The notes beneath the pieces are model-generated. The model was not told where the DNA came from. It saw nothing but the letters and a program-made list of their open reading frames with translations, and did not search any database. From Psilocybe cubensis (Eukaryota): a stretch of 64,000 nt of DNA. Where the stretch lies: assembly GCA_017499595.2 (NCBI GenBank), contig CM038998.1, positions 310,001 to 374,000 of the forward strand, written 5' to 3'. Position 1 is the stretch's first letter. Each line of letters opens with the position of its first letter. The position numbers were made by a program, and so were the translations under genes. Below are positions 45,473-60,579 of the stretch, piece by piece.

Positions 45473-46660
45473 CACAAAAATGAGTATAGGAGATGTGTGG
45501 TAGAGTAGATGGTAATGGTAATGGTTGAAGCAGGTTGAAGCCTGGGCGTCGGCGCGTTGTGTTCAACTTTTGATGGGCTACGGCTCTTTTTATAACAGCA
45601 ACACGCGCCGTGCACGTGGTGCGTCGGGCCCGAACTTTGATACCGAAATGTCGGGAGCCGCCGCGCGCCCTAAAGCCATTTTGGAAATACCGACTTTCTT
45701 GGCGGGCGCAATCAACATGAGACAGGCACGAGTCAAACTTAGGGTCGAGTCAGAATGGTCATCATGATGAAATTCTGACTTATGGAAGAGTGTTTTCCCT
45801 TCATCTCTACGTCCGAGAGGCTAGTCACAATAGAAGCGTACAAGGTTCCCTAGTCAAATACATGGGATAAGGGGAGAATATATTTGGTGCTACTAACGAA
45901 TATTATGGGCGTTATTGTAACTGCAAAGCTGAGCTGATAACTATTGATTAGTCTACCTTAAACCACCTTTACTTAATAAGAAAGTCTTCAGGGTGCCTTG
46001 ATGATGCGATTACGATCCATTTAGCGCTGATGTATAACCATACAGCTCACGTATACCTTGAAGCGTGTTGTACTTGACAATGTCAACCATTAAAACTGTA
46101 ATCTTTACTTTTATCAGTAGTGTAACTTCGGAATATACTCTCTACATTTTCATAAGAGCAAAGCTTATATTAAAGGTCTAAGCCCTCATAAGTCGTAACC
46201 AGTAATGCCTCTTACTCTCGTGTCCACTCCTTTATTTTTATGTCCGGGCGACTAATAGATGCAAGTAAAAATATTGCAATTGTGGACCTTTGCTGTTCAA
46301 ATAAGAAAGATTGTATCGTATGAAGATCTTATTCCTTTTAAAATTCAGAATGACAATTGATGAGCGTTCGGTTTACCAGTCTACATGATACGTACACACA
46401 GGATTTACCCCTATTTTGTGCGAGCGTGACATGTAGCCATGGCACGCTCATTGCTGACGCGACATGTCACAGCATTAAATCTTGTGTCTTTCGTCACGCA
46501 AACTCTCAACGCTCAACGTTGTCCACGGCGTCAACGCCATTGTCCACGTCGTACGCGACATCTCTCTCCCTCTTGTTCCAATACTCTCGATATATCTGAT
46601 ACTCAACTATAACATTACACAGTGCCTTTTCCTACTCTGATTCTTATCCCTTGAGTACTC

Positions 46661-49184
46661 ATGCACGACTTCGACGTGGATGCCGACAACAGACCCTTCA
46701 AAAGGCAAAGATTAGGGCCGCAAGAGCTTAAGCCTCTGCCACTGGATATATTGCTTTTATCTTTACCTCATCTACTGGCTCACCCACCTACGCATCGACA
46801 ACATACCCGTTCGGTCATTTTGTCGTTATCTGCACTGCGAGGTTATCTGGCGCAACCCAATCTCGAACCACGTTTGGAATGTCGCGCCTGGACCGAGCTA
46901 GCAGAAGCTGGGTTTCGACTGGGATTGAATACACCTGGTATTGAGAATGAGGTGGAGAGGGCGATCACAAGAGCGGTGAGTATCGCATACCGTTGAGCGA
47001 AATACAAACGCTCACTCATTGTACAGTTGATGATTACACATAAGGTATGTCCCCCTGCTTTGGCTGAATATCTCTTCTAATCTCCAGTCTAGCATCCTTC
47101 TCTCAGAATCTACAAACCACAGTTGACCCGCTTGTCAGCTCAGCTTGCTATCCACCAAAACAACTCTCGGTTGGCTCAGAACATACTTAAGAAGATCCTG
47201 GTCTCTTTCATTCTACCGACAGATCCTCCGCATGCACAGTATAGCGCACATCTCGCATATATAGACTCACTCTCGGACAGTAAATCAATCGGAGCGATTA
47301 GGGAACTCCACACACTAGCTTCACATAATAACCACACCGACGTCTCCCTCTTTGCCACAGTTCTGGAGTTGCATCATCTCCTTAAGAACGGCATGTGGAA
47401 TAACGTTCGTCAATCACTGGGAAGCATAGAAAAAACCTTCACCGAAATCCCCCGAACGAATATCCAGAAGGCACTCATGATGCATGTTCTCATCATGGGT
47501 GTTCTATACCATACATATGTCGGAGAATATGAGAATTCGCAATCCAGGATCAAGAAATTGCACGAAATGCTTGATGGAGGGGCGTTAGAAGCATTGGGGT
47601 CTAGCGGAATAGTCGAAATCGAACTCGCCAATTCACACCCCCTTCGCGTGCAGGTTACACATCCACGCGTGCTGTACACGCTGGGATTTCTTGTTAGCAG
47701 CATTTCGAAACGAGATCCCGTGGGACGTAAACCGAAGCGCAGATTGTACGCTGAGGAAGGCGTGCTCACTGTGGAAAGAGAGCTTAAAAAGGAATTGGCA
47801 TGTCAGTCATCATACTGCGCGTTTATTTCAATTGTTGACCAGTCTAATCTATCTAGTGCCCATATGGGCTTCCGTAAGCGATCTCAAGGAGATGCAAGAA
47901 AGATTTCACAAGATGCGAGCTGATATGCTCTGCGAGCTTATCGGAGTATGCTCGCTAGTCTCAGTTTTCTTTTCGCGCCTTAACCGTTCTTCATAGGTTG
48001 CCATATCGCGAAGCGAATTTGACGATGCCGAAAGAGTATGTTTCGAGACGTCTTTTTTTTAGACAACTGGGATTAATTATTCTAATATTATCTCGATGCA
48101 GCGTCTTTCTCAAGTCATTGCCGAAACACGTACCCACGGGCTTTTCGCCTTGTTTAGTGCCCGTATTACCCTGCACCAAGCTCACCTTGCACATGGTTTA
48201 GGCCGACCAGAGCGTGCTTTGAAGTGTTATCAAGTTGCTGCATATCTGTCAAGAAGACGGGCGCCAAACGAAATAAGATTTGACGACAAGTATGGTGAAG
48301 ATACAGATGGCTGTGAAGACCCGTGGGTGAACGTATCTGCACGTGCAGGAGAGTTGTGGTTACGAATAGGATTGGCCAGTGAACAAACAGATGAAGGCAC
48401 TCGTGAATACGAGATGGAAATTCTCCGTGCAAGGGCTGTGGATGTGGTGAAGGAATGCGAAGGATGCGGAGGAACACTTCAAGCTGTCGGTGCTGTTCTG
48501 GCTGCATGTCTGTCGAAAGAATTTCTGGCGACAAAGTAAGTTCTTTATCTTGGAATGATTTATCTGTTTTCGGTTAAACCTGGTACTAACTGGTTCTTCT
48601 CCCGCAATTTTTTTCTTTCTTGTCTTTCTCTTTTCTCGTTCTGCGTCATAACTCTTTTTTTCCAGGACACATTTGCGAACTGCATTGAATTTGACAACGG
48701 CTGCGTCGGATAATCACCTTCGGGCATTGGTTCTTGCGCTAGTTGCTGCGCAATACGTCCACACCTCTACTGAGCATGCAGAAACCATGCTAAATACTGC
48801 AGAATTGTTGGCTGCCGGCCTCGGTGCTCAGCCAAAAGCAAACAAAGGCACCGACGGCGGGAAGAATTCTGCGGCTCCCACTTCAAATATCAAATCGGCA
48901 GATAACGTCGGTAACGCCCACCTAAGGCTGTGGATTGGAGAACGAGCTTTAGGTTAGTTTGTTTTCTTCTCACTTCTCTTTCTTTCGCTCGCGTGTTGTC
49001 TCCCCTTTTTTTCTATTTTTATCTATATAATCTGCGTCCGCTCACTTTTCATTTCGCTTTTCATTCAGAGCTGAAGCGAAGGAATGCCGATGACCAAGGC
49101 GCTTCTAAACAGGAATTAATCAATAAAAGGTTCGAAGAAGCTGTCGCGAAGGTTCGAAAGAGGAAATTTGGCGAGGTCGATTGA
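46661..49184 (+). CDS. TPR-like helical protein, probably the cohesin loader subunit (Scc4/MAU2 family)
   Basis: Long helical protein with an N-terminal NLS-like RPFKRQRL and LEPRLECRAWTELAEAG...VERAITRA, recalled as typical of fungal cohesin-loading-factor proteins. Not confirmed by search. Confidence 0.6.
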
Positions 49185-50189
49185 ATGGATCGAATTCTTT
49201 CGTCATAGCTGCGTGTCTCTCTGTTATCGTATGCTTTCCACTGTTCATTAGCATGTTTCTTTGTTGTCGCAAAAATATACATTCTTTACCCACTCCATGT
49301 CCGCCAAATGGCCATAATTTTGTTTTTCGCTGAGTCAATTCACATTGCCTTTCACGTTTGATAATCACCCATTATACGTGTGTTACAGTTTTACAGAGTG
49401 ACCCCTTTTCTGGTTCAGTTTGTCGGATTCTGTATGACTAACTATATATATATACTGATGTACTCATATAGTGAACATCAAACCTCGGACATTACACCTT
49501 TTATTTTCGTCTTTTGACTTGTACCCAAATAGGTCGTCTCCCTCAAAAACGATCAACCAACCTTTGAGCTTCCTCATTAGACATTAAAAGCTGTCGTTCA
49601 CCATGCGAGAAGTCCCAATATCAATTACAAGAATACACTACTAATACACACAGAAATCCCAACAAAAGAAGTGCTATTATTACTACCGCCCAAAAAAAGA
49701 AAAGAAATTAAAATAGAATGTCCTTACATGTTGAACATAATATTGGCACTTGACAGGCACCACGTAGACTGGAGCGCAGTTCTGTATCAACATTCTATCC
49801 TGTGGCCAGTCTGGTTTGATTCCCATCTCCCAATTCAAAAGGAGTCGCTGCATTTGGATATTCGTACGAAATGATGTTCTTTCTTGATTCCAGGGGATAT
49901 TCGAGGAGATAAAAATGGATCACATATGAGGTGACAACAGGAGGAATTGGGGGCAGAGGTAAAGTTGGACACTGGTGGAATCATGGGCGCGAATTTGGAG
50001 CGGTCCCGTCTCGTTTAGACCGCCCACCCCGCCCTTCACTTCAAACTTATCGCCGCTGTAAGCCCACCTCTGTCAGCAAGAATAGATGAGATGGCACGAA
50101 TAACTTCTAGACGAAGCCCGGGATACGAAAATTGGCAATAGCTCGGGAGCCGGAGAAGAGTGCTCAATGGTATGAGGCGGAATAACGGG

Positions 50190-51537
50190 CTACCGGATGT
50201 CCTCGTAGGCGGGTGGCAGATCTGCCTCCGACTTATTGACGGTCGGTAATGAAAGAGATGGCCGTGTAAGTTGATGTGGGCTGTTCAAGCCCAAGGCAGG
50301 TGACGGTGGCGTGTAGGCGTTGGATGAATGGCGTCGTAGGTGATCAGGGGACTGTGTATTCCAATGAGGTCTGTGACCGTGGGCAGATACGTCGTTCGAA
50401 ACAAATTTTTGCTTGCTGTCAAGCGACAGACTTGGAGACGTTCCCACTGTTGCTGCTGCTGTGCTCGTGGTATTGGTCAAATTTGAACTTGTTGCTGGAC
50501 TAGATGTGCTGGTTATACGAGGGCGTTCTTCCTGAGCATGCGTCAATGATCTTCCTCCACCGGTGTCTCTCCGGTTCAACTCTACGTCGCCAGAAGGAGA
50601 GACATGCACATGTGCCGTATGCTTTCCTGAGCTTCGTGTACTGCTTTTCTTCTTCCCAGATCTTGCGGACTCGCGAGTTGAATTTCTTGTCGATGGCGGC
50701 CTTCTCGATGTAGAATGCTCTTCTATCAGAAAAAGAAAAGATAGCATCAGCTGGAGTCCCACACGAATCATAAAGCCATAATAAATGAAAGATAATGGTC
50801 TAGCTGTTGGAGAGAACATTTCTTGACTGTGTTCTCAGGACCAGAGATACAATGTGTCTCTAATGATAAATTTCAAAAGTATATACATACCTGACATAGA
50901 CCCTGATTCCGAGATAGCATACCCATCTCTATCTAAATTCTCTCCGGAGTGTGCGTGCTGTGCTTCTAATGCTCGTATAATCGAAGCACGGCGGCGGCGC
51001 CGTTTCCCATTGTGTCGCTTTCGGGTTACACAAACAACGAGAATCGCTGCCAGAATGGCAATGAATCCTGCTAGTGATCCAGCAATCATAGCAACTGGGG
51101 ATGGAATATGGTGAGTTGAAGGGTCCGAGTCATCAGAGTTGTTGGTAGCGAGAGTCGACGATTTATTACCGGAGGCTGTGGTGGCAGCGATACCAGTAGT
51201 CGATTTCTTTGACGATGTGGGGGGCAGGCCTGACAATGTCGCGCTAAAACGAAGAAAGAGTACAGAAAGTTGTGTGAATCATTCTCTTTTAACTGAAATC
51301 AAATAGTCTTACATTGTAGTGAGAACCGGATCTCCTCCATTTGATGAGGTGAAAATCACGACAACTGTTGGTCCACTAGTATATACCCTCAGAAACTGAA
51401 AGGAGTCTGCGATGACTACAATATGACCTGATTACTCACGAGGGAGGAACAGTCTCGGTCAAAGTTTGCGCTTGACATGAATTGATCCAGAATAGAATCG
51501 CAGTCAAAGTGATGATGAGTATGGAATAACGTTTCAT
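50190..51537 (-). CDS. Single-pass membrane protein: signal peptide, Ser/Thr-rich ectodomain, TM helix, C-terminal PPxY motif
   Basis: Signal peptide MKRYSILIITLTAILFWINSCQA. TM helix AMIAGSLAGFIAILAAILVVCV followed by RKRH...RRRRR. Ends LPPAYEDIR*. Confidence 0.75.
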
Positions 51538-53722
51538 TCGGTGAATGCCTCGAACGTTGGATAAAGGTCGAGTTGGTGAGGAAACTCGGAGGGCAAGTGG
51601 TCGAGCGTGCGGGATCAAAAGGCGATGTTATATAAGGACGGGAAACCTATACTCTCCGAGGGAAAGTCTATACAAGAGAAGCCCTCCACCTCTATAAAAT
51701 ATAGACACGTTGGCTGGGTAATTCCAGCAAGCGATGAAGAGGGCGAGGAACGATAGTCGTGACCAGTGAGAGTCTGAGAAACCTGGGCAGAAAGGCTGCA
51801 CCCTTACGGGGAGGAAGAGAACTCTCGGATGAAGGCTACAAGGTTTTGAAGTGATCTATATTCGAGCTTTTGCATAACATGCCAATAAGAATAAACCCCC
51901 ACGGACGTCAGCGATTATCCAGTCAGATGGGCAGGGACCAGTAGCTTAAAATTGCTTTGTTATTTCGCAATGTGCCTTGCTTTCCGCACCGTCGGATTGA
52001 TACTTGAGCCCTTTTGGAGCTCAGAAGTATTTTAAGGGGTCCTTACAGTCCTCTAGTTGGACTGCTGGGTGTCGAATAAAAGTTATAGTCGGAAAGAAGC
52101 GGCCGCGAGGAGACCTATACTGATATGAATACAAGCTAAGCCCACGATACATTGTAAGATTATAGAAAAGACCTCACAGATAATGTACTTCCGATTCCCG
52201 GCGCTTCCCAGGTCCTTGCCTTCGTAGACTTCGAAACCGAATGTTGCAGGTGGTGGTTGATAAAAGAGCTTAAAGAGTTAAAGAAAGAAGAATGTCGTGC
52301 TGGCTATCGTCAAGAGGTATTTAAAATGCGTGCGAGCGTGCAAAAATGGCCCATTATCCATCAGGGGATGATTACAGTGCAGCCAGCCAGAGATATAAAT
52401 AGGCGCACAGGGGAATAGAAGGGGGCAGAGCGGAAGCAGTGGCTAATCCCGGATTCCCCGGATAGCAATGAGAAGACTACTAGTCTATGAATAGACACTC
52501 TTCCACGTCTGTCCAGCCTGTAGCATCACACTGTAGGACGCCTGATGTTTCCCTGTCAAGAAACTAACACATGGAATCTGGTGAAAATATGGCTGTAAAT
52601 AGAAAATACGCACTCTGAGAACAGCATAGTCGTCGTTAAAAGTGGTTGATCAAGTGGCAAACGTTACTTTGCATAAACAGTCTAGGGGTAGTGCGCTCTC
52701 TCTCTGGGTCGGTATCGCAGTGGAAGGTGGCTATACTGTATCAATTGGTAGAAGCTCTACCCCGAGAAAGAATCGTATGTCGAGAGCCAAACCGAATCTT
52801 TGGTCAAACTAGATGAGGTGCTTCATCGAAGATGATAAGGACCGAGCGACGGGTCACAATCAGATAATAGAATACTAGGCGTCTGTGGAAAATCTGAAAG
52901 AGGGCAATAGTGCCAGTCTGAGGCTGCATTGGAAAGTTGAAGAGAGCGAGGAAAGCTACTTGGCATGTTGCTTTCACTGCTTATATATTCGATTCTCAAA
53001 CGCTCAAACCACAAAAGACTTGGCTCTTCCTATAATGTCTTGGCATCGAAAAATGATCATGCATATTGGAGCGATGGAAAGGTTGTGGAAAGGCGTTGCA
53101 CCTAGACGGCTGGCTTCCCAACTACAACCTAAAATTATACACATGAACAGCTCATAGGTTACGAGAACAGCCCCAGTCCATCGATGCCTACTTTTTGGAA
53201 AACTGTCAATCCGTTTACATACCCCGAGCGTGAAAAATCATGGATTTTCACCGCCTGTATTGATCTACGTAGCCTTAAACGAATTGACAAGGCAGCCGCA
53301 GTTTGTAGTTCGACATCTCACCACTATCAGGATAAAGTTTCTTCAAGGTGTTATCTCGGGATTACGGTAAAACCGACGAGTTATATTTGGCATGCTTTAA
53401 CTGCAGAATCGCCGACAGGTGTTGAAGGAGATACATAGACGTAGCATGTCTTGCAAGCTTTCATCAAATTTGAAATAAAAGAGCATGGATGCGGAATAGC
53501 ATGCGAATCCAAAATCCAGCTATTTCAAAGCTTTCCCATTCTACTTCAACAAATTTTGTAAGTGAGATTTTCAATAAAATCAGTAATCAACTGGAAAGCT
53601 TACAGTGAACAAACGACTGTAAAAGAGCTCGTTTGATATCAAATCATTCATACTTGATCGTCGGAGATTAAGGACGTTTACAACTCACCTACAGCTTACA
53701 CCCAAGGGGTATACATAGGAAA

Positions 53723-55318
53723 TCATTTGTTGTTATCGTCGTCACTGCGAGCCAGAAGGTCCAAAAGGTCATTCCTTCGAACTGGAATAGGCAAATTGAG
53801 GCAGACTCCTGCTTCCTCAAGCTTCAGAAAACGTTGGAGGACGTGCTTTTCCACTGTCCTGCCACAAAATATAGACCTTGCTTCATCATCCCAATAATGT
53901 CGTTGATCAGCGGTTAATTTTCTCAAAGGTCGCCTCTTCGTCGATAGAGTGGAAAGTGAGGCCCAATTAACAGTGGAGGCGTCATAATCTCTATATGATA
54001 GTGATTTGAGGCTCGGAAGAAATACTTCAGCCTGAATAGTTCCGGCTCCCGTACCGGTTTTTGTGTCACTAAGTAGGGAGAAGAACAGGTTTGTGTCATT
54101 TGAACCGGCACTATACAGTGCTACTTCCAGTTCTTCGAGGTGCGGAAAATGTCTTAGAATTTCGATAAGTCTTTCGGTATTTCCATGCCATTGAAATGAT
54201 AGGGACTTCAGCACAGAACTTGGGTGCAAGCAAAGAATTCCACGGTGAATATCGTCGTCACTGTGCATGTTGTCAAAGTGCAGTGCTGTAAGGCCAGGTA
54301 GAACTAGTGTTTGGAGTAAGGCTCGCACTCCGAGAACATTAAAAATCTCTAAGGTTCGGAGTTTGCTGAGAGTGATGGGTATCAGCCTTACAAGGGTTGT
54401 AAAGATATTAGCAAGACACCAGTGTTCCAGGTTTGGTGTATATCGTACAAGTTCGAGACATTGTTGCACATGGTTGGAAGAGATTTTTAGTCGGGTGATG
54501 TTTTCCCAATCGATGCGAGCAGTGATGTTTTCGTGGAATGTATGGATAGATACGTGTAGAGGCCGAGGGTCCTGTCCATTTACTCGAAAGAATCCATCGT
54601 TTTCATTGCTTGAATTCGAATGGAGCTCCAAAGTGTGAAGTATAGGTGCACCACTGGAATTGCCAGAAAACAATTGAAAGGATTGGGATGGCCCATAGAT
54701 GCCAAACTCATACCATCGATGTGACTTTGCATTTACAAGGTTAACAACCTTCTCCAAGTTTAGGTATGTTTCATCATATGCTGAAATGTGCAGCCAAATC
54801 GAGAGGGGCAGATTGCCTGCCCTGCTAAGCCAATCTTCCATGAGCTCGGGGGTACTTGCTTTTGAGAAGGTTATCTTCTGGCAGACAAACGTCCATAGTT
54901 GGGGCGTGGACCATGCAATCTGGCGCCATGCACGCGATACCGCCCCCAATTTCAAAGGCCAACACAGATCTTTCTTGTCTATAAATTTCCACACGTCAAT
55001 TTCCGATCCATTTGTGTCTCTACGAAGAGTGGGAAGTGTGTGTTGAAAGATGATGGATGTAATCTCTGTAAGAGACTTTGAGACAATTCGATCGTGGGAC
55101 CAGTTCATCGCCTCCCGGAGTTCTCTAAGTTTCTCTAGCTGCTTTTCGAGGATTCGTTTTGTCTCCTGGATCTGCGACTCTAGGTCGGAATATTGGACAC
55201 AAACTGTACAGGCCTTTCCGTTTGCAATGCTGCAACTCTCGTACACAGTCCGAGTTTGCTCCGCTTGTGCCTCGTAGGTGCAAGATAAACAAGTGTTAGG
55301 TAATGATTCCGTCGGCAT
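53723..55318 (-). CDS. F-box-like / RNI-type leucine-rich repeat protein
   Basis: 531-aa ORF with a coiled coil, then LTEITSIIFQH...PLKLGAVSRAWRQIAWSTPQLWT, WLSRAGNLPLSI and LxxLxL repeats (FLPSLKSLSY). Confidence 0.85.
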   Translation of the reverse strand: MPTESLPNTCLSCTYEAQAEQTRTVYESCSIANGKACTVCVQYSDLESQIQETKRILEKQLEKLRELREAMNWSHDRIVSKSLTEITSIIFQHTLPTLRRDTNGSEIDVWKFIDKKDLCWPLKLGAVSRAWRQIAWSTPQLWTFVCQKITFSKASTPELMEDWLSRAGNLPLSIWLHISAYDETYLNLEKVVNLVNAKSHRWYEFGIYGPSQSFQLFSGNSSGAPILHTLELHSNSSNENDGFFRVNGQDPRPLHVSIHTFHENITARIDWENITRLKISSNHVQQCLELVRYTPNLEHWCLANIFTTLVRLIPITLSKLRTLEIFNVLGVRALLQTLVLPGLTALHFDNMHSDDDIHRGILCLHPSSVLKSLSFQWHGNTERLIEILRHFPHLEELEVALYSAGSNDTNLFFSLLSDTKTGTGAGTIQAEVFLPSLKSLSYRDYDASTVNWASLSTLSTKRRPLRKLTADQRHYWDDEARSIFCGRTVEKHVLQRFLKLEEAGVCLNLPIPVRRNDLLDLLARSDDDNNK

Positions 55319-56276
55319 GATAGTCTATAGTTTTGCGTATTCCAATTTATGGCTGGTAGAGGTGGTTAGAGAACAAGACGGACGACCCGAGGAACGGACA
55401 CAAGTTGGCAGTGCATGCAGTGTTCAGTAATTTGTGCGAAATTAGCTACGATTTTGCTAAATATAGGGGGGAAAACTTAAGCTTTCTACCATATCTGGCA
55501 CATATTTATTACATAAATCACAACAAAATAAGTGGCCTGGAGCGTTTGCGGTGACGTCATACTATATAGGTCCCTAGTATGGGTATGAACACCATATGCT
55601 CGTTTGCAACCCATTTGTAAAAACTTTTTGTGGTGACAGACCACGTTTACTGCCAATCAATCTCTCTTGTACCGTATGGCTTGACTAAAAACTGGCTTGA
55701 CTGGAAATAGCTTCGCAACGGTATTCCGGATAAGTATGGCCTTGAGTAGCAATCTCCATTTGACGATGTTACGCCTTCCAACACTCAGGTATCATAAACT
55801 CACAGGTGTTAAGCATTAGAAGGAATGATAAATAACATCCATTGATTCTAGTCACCTCCATCAGATACATAAAATACACAGGAGCTTGATGTACAACAGC
55901 AAAAGAAACGAAATTTGAACTGCAAAAAAGCATCGTATCGTATTATATTGATGTCGGCAAATGAGTCTGGTGTGGACGAAGGGGGGATTATATAAAGCAC
56001 AAGAATGTTACATACACCAGAAAAAAGCGGATACGATTATATAAAAAGGGAAATATAAATCAAGCAAACGAACGATGAGACGACGAGAGTGACAGTAGCC
56101 GACAACGTGAATGTTCTACGCAATGTCGGCGAGCGTCATGGGAGCCCAAGATGATCGAGGCTCCCGAAACTAGAGGGCGGCTGCATTATCCGTCTAATGA
56201 TTCAACGTTCCGGTTGAGAATGGGTGATAAAGGACGAGCGAGGGCAATGGATGGCGGTGACATAAGCAGAAACCGC

Positions 56277-57222
<946 letters not shown>

Positions 57223-59239
57223 TTGAGGTCGATTTGTCGAAGATTTGAGGAAGTTGTGGAAGTTGTGGTGGTGGTGTGTGCTTGAGGAACGGGCGGAAGG
57301 GAAGAATGAAAAGCAAAGTTCGACTCCTCTTTACCACCAAAACTGACGGTTTCAAGTTCTCACGCTTGTGAAGGCGCACGAGCCACGGGATTCTGAGTCG
57401 ATTTTCAGCTCGGAAGATTGGTTAAATATTCATTCTTTTTCTAACGGCCCTTTCTCTGGGCCGTTTGGGCCAGTTAAAGCACCATTGTTCTCAGTTTTTC
57501 AGGAAGAATCTGTAGAATTTTGATTGGTGCGTTTTGGAGCAGAGGAAGTAGGCCATCTGTTCAAAGGAGAGATTGTTGGAAGTGTTGGCGGGTGGGCCCT
57601 CTTTGTGGCAACTTCGGCAGATGCCGGTGACCTCAACATATCCATACAACCCCACTCAAGCCACCACAATACAAGTCATCATTCCATTGCAAAACCCTTT
57701 GCCCCGAGTACACAGGTTTTCCGTGACGACATTTACTGGCGCCTCAAAATGTTACAACATAGGGAACAACAAATCAAAGCCACTTTCTGATTTTCGTTTG
57801 TGGTGATACCCACGGTCTTGAATCTGTTAATCATTTATTGGGAGGCGCTTTGTACAGGTTTGCAAGTAATTCGAATGATTGAGCTGTTTGAGATAAAGAA
57901 ATTTGGAGCGGAGCGACAGAGTGTTGACCGGAGCCAGGACAATCTAGGCTGGGTACTAACACCGACAATGTCTTGTTTAGGATAAAATGCTCTGGTCCAT
58001 TCCGCGTTCAACTCAAATAAGGATGTCTCGGGCCAGGTAGGCTACAATGCCATACAAACAGCCCGTTGTTATAGGGATCAGGAAATGCTACTCGTCGGAC
58101 AGGAAGTGGGAACTTCCCTGTTACTTATGTTGAAGTTATTTTTAGACGCCCATTCGCCACGCCATGCCACGCTGAAATTAGGGAACTTTAGCTTCTATTT
58201 TCTCCATCCAATGAAAGCACAGATTGCCAGAGGCGTCAGAAATTTGATCTTATCAGAAGATACAAACAACGCCATCGTCCTAATCATTTAAGTATTAGCC
58301 TCTGAATCTGAACATGTTTACAGAATTTGGATTGCTATTTTTCCTATTTTTCGCTGGAAGGTTTATTCGCCCTGAGTTTTCTGGACAATACACCGTGTTG
58401 GGTGCTCAAATTTATGAGAATGGGTTGGAATAGGAGTCATTAAGCGCCCACCCCTCTTAAACGTTGACACATCAGTGATTTACGCCACCGTGCACCGTCG
58501 CAGTGTTGATCTTCGCGCCTTTTTGTCCAGTGAGAGCATCATCGGCCCTTCTCCTAACGGCAGAATGGTCTGCTATCTACACTAATATTATACTGAAAGC
58601 ACGGTATAAATCCATATGCAGTTGAGGTCTCATCCAATAATCATATTCATTCCGTGTAACAATTATTTATACGGATCTATATCGGTAAATTGTAGACTTT
58701 GGGCTGCACCTTGAGGCTTAGTGTCGTCTTTTTTGAATACGGCGACGTCATAGTTGCACACCTTATGTTCTTCATTTTAATTATCACGAATTTGTTTCAA
58801 AAAATAGCCGATTAACATCCAGAGCCAGGTTGATAGCAGTTACTACAAGTAACTTATCAATTACATGGAAAACTGGGCTATTCGCTTCGACGTAACTATG
58901 AGCAAACGGTGATCCAGTCTCCAAGAACCCAGTCCATGACTCGGACAGCCCAAAAGCATCTACTTCCAAGAAACTAAAGACAATAGAATAAAGCACAACA
59001 ATCGGGATAGAATAGAATATAACCGCAGGGCTCCAAGACAGCTGAGATAGTAAAGACAGTGTGAGAGAATCAGGGAGAAATTGTCCATCTAGGAATCCAA
59101 AAAAAACGGCATCGAACCACCGGGAGCCTGTAGGGCGACGGAAGTTCGAATACGGTGATTTGGCCTAGGATATAAAACGTCTAATGATATGTAGCTGGTT
59201 AAACGCCGAAAAGAAGTGGAAGTGGTGTGGCTCGGGCGT

Positions 59240-60579
59240 TTAATCAGAGTAGAGGAACTGGTAGGTGCGAAATGTCATGAGATAATGACGACGACGATGT
59301 CCAAATGAGTATATGACTTACGACTTTGGAGCTTCCGCCGGGAGGGGAAATTCCAGTGGCAACCTGAATGAGCTCATTCGAAGAGGTGACGTAAAAGTCC
59401 GTGCTGACAGTGACTATTCAGATTTTACGTGAGCATTAAGATGTGATGAAAAGAAGTGGAAACTCACGTCTTCCGGGGTTAACCCAGATCGCTAAAAGAG
59501 AGCAATTTTCAGAAGCTGAGTGGATAAATTTTACTACACCACGACGCACCAGTGAGCCTATTTCCGCTGACCGACCACACGGCAGATTCGGCGTAGGACT
59601 AAGAAGCAAAAGCACTTTAAACAAAGCTCTGATACGATTACGTTTTCTTCACTTACGCGACCGTAGCTGGAAGAGAGGGAGTTTGCGTTGTTAACGGGGG
59701 TAGATCCAGAGGCCACTACAATTGCGAATCGTTAGAAAATACCCGACAATCTGAGATGAATACTCACGAGAGTTGGTTCCAGTAAGGACATTGTAGTTAC
59801 TAGCACAGACGTCGGTTCAGTTTGGAGATATTAGAAAGAGAGAGAGGTATGATAATTACTTGGAGGTGTTCAGGTTTGAGTTCTTGCCACCGAATCCAAG
59901 GGTAGGTTTCGAACCACTTCCAAAGCTCTGTTTAGGATGACGATTTTAATTGGTTCTTTTGCTATATAAACAGAGTAGTGAAGAAGTCGATCTCACCTCA
60001 ATAAGCACGTTGAAGGGATTAGAGGAGGGGGTGTATTTAATTTGCAAGTGATTGCCTGACCATCCAGACTTGTCGACCTTGAAACTATTTACAATTCAAA
60101 TGGTAGTTAGATATACAACACGAACACCAAAAAGGAATAAGGACGTACGCTCCATTGGACTGAGTCTTGGCGATGTAGCCGACCACGCCACCGTAGGTGT
60201 TAAGGACCTTGATTCTTTTGTTGCAAACCTCACTGCGAAATACGTTAAGTATATCGAGCACTACAGCAAATTTTAACGTACTTTGGGAATCCAGAGGGTT
60301 TGGGAGGGGAACGGGCTATGAAACGCGACAAATTAATTACACAATCAACTTTTTTTTGCTCCCGCGCAACTTTTCACAACACCTACCGACACGAGAGGGA
60401 TTGAAGAGGTTCCTGGGTCTCAGAGGGGGGAGCCCAGCCTCCATACGGGCTGCATTAGTTTGCAGGTCAAGGGCATTGAGACCGTTGTGTCTCGGGCTCG
60501 TGGTGTGAGCAGACGAGCCAACAAGGAGAATACCGAAGACAAAGAAAAAGAGCGTGTTTAAGCGAGTGAAAGCGAGCAT
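59240..60579 (-). CDS. Secreted agaricomycete protein of unknown function (many short exons)
   Basis: Signal peptide, then TNAARMEAGLPPLRP, RIKVLNTYGGVVGYIAK and AESAVWSVSGNRLT|AIWVNPG. Internal exon boundaries are approximate. Confidence 0.65.

Noticed and set aside
51600-53700. 2-kb region with short ORFs
   Set aside because: No splice-consistent gene, repeat or RNA structure could be supported.
57300-59200. Expected divergent histone H4 partner of H3
   Set aside because: No H4 sequence (SGRGKGGKGLG) was found upstream of H3.
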